49,221 nt of DNA, taken from positions 1 through 49,221 of the forward strand of contig JBBFKW010000018.1 in the NCBI GenBank assembly GCA_037481835.1. The letters are read 5' to 3'. This document shows, piece by piece, positions 49,147 to 49,221 of the stretch; the first letter of the stretch is position 1, and each line of letters starts with the position of its first letter. The position numbers and the translations under genes are program-made. Under the pieces are notes generated by a model. It had not been told where the DNA came from. It searched no databases and was given only the letters and a program-made list of their open reading frames with translations. Source of the stretch: Desulfosoma sp. Lineage in GTDB: Bacteria > Desulfobacterota > Syntrophobacteria > Syntrophobacterales > DSM-9756.

Positions 49147-49221
49147 TTGTTGGGGTTCGCTTCACCCATTGTTGGGGTTCGGTTCTTTCATTGTTGGGGT
49201 TCGGTTCTTTCATTGTTGGGG
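49147..49221 (+). repeat. 22-bp tandem repeat derived from a REP half
   Basis: TTGTTGGGGTTCGCTTCACCCA, TTGTTGGGGTTCGGTTCTTTCA x2, and a partial fourth unit at the window end. Confidence 0.85.

Noticed and set aside
49147..49221. Possible CRISPR array at the window end
   Set aside because: Head-to-tail units with no unique spacers.

Overview
This is a high-GC bacterial chromosomal window. The gene content suggests an anaerobe of the Desulfobacterota/deltaproteobacterial type, but that is inference only. Housekeeping genes include cysS, ispF, ispD, rnpB (RNase P RNA), ruvCAB, yebC, rlmE, tRNA-Leu(TAA), acnA, fumC, bfr, an acetoacetate-CoA ligase and a LonC-like protease. Three things stand out. 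(1) A minus-strand cluster encodes a double-cubane [Fe-S] reductase (DCCP), its ATP-dependent activase, an atypical PstSCAB-like ABC importer and a CCG/ferredoxin oxidoreductase. A shared palindromic operator-like motif lies upstream of two of its transcription units. (2) A decayed tandem duplication (about 22.8-29.3 kb) repeats the unit permease'-terC'-[slot]-mscS. The slot holds a RelE/ParE toxin-antitoxin pair in one copy and an uncharacterised two-gene module, a candidate novel TA system, in the other. Both mscS copies carry the same in-frame amber codon. (3) There is a rich set of REP-type palindromes: 13 copies of one GTAG family plus three other families. Some are built into a 250-330 bp composite element that sits on rearrangement breakpoints, next to an IS1380-like remnant. 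No CRISPR array, rRNA, integrase or intact transposase was seen. All family calls come from motif recognition, not from database searches.
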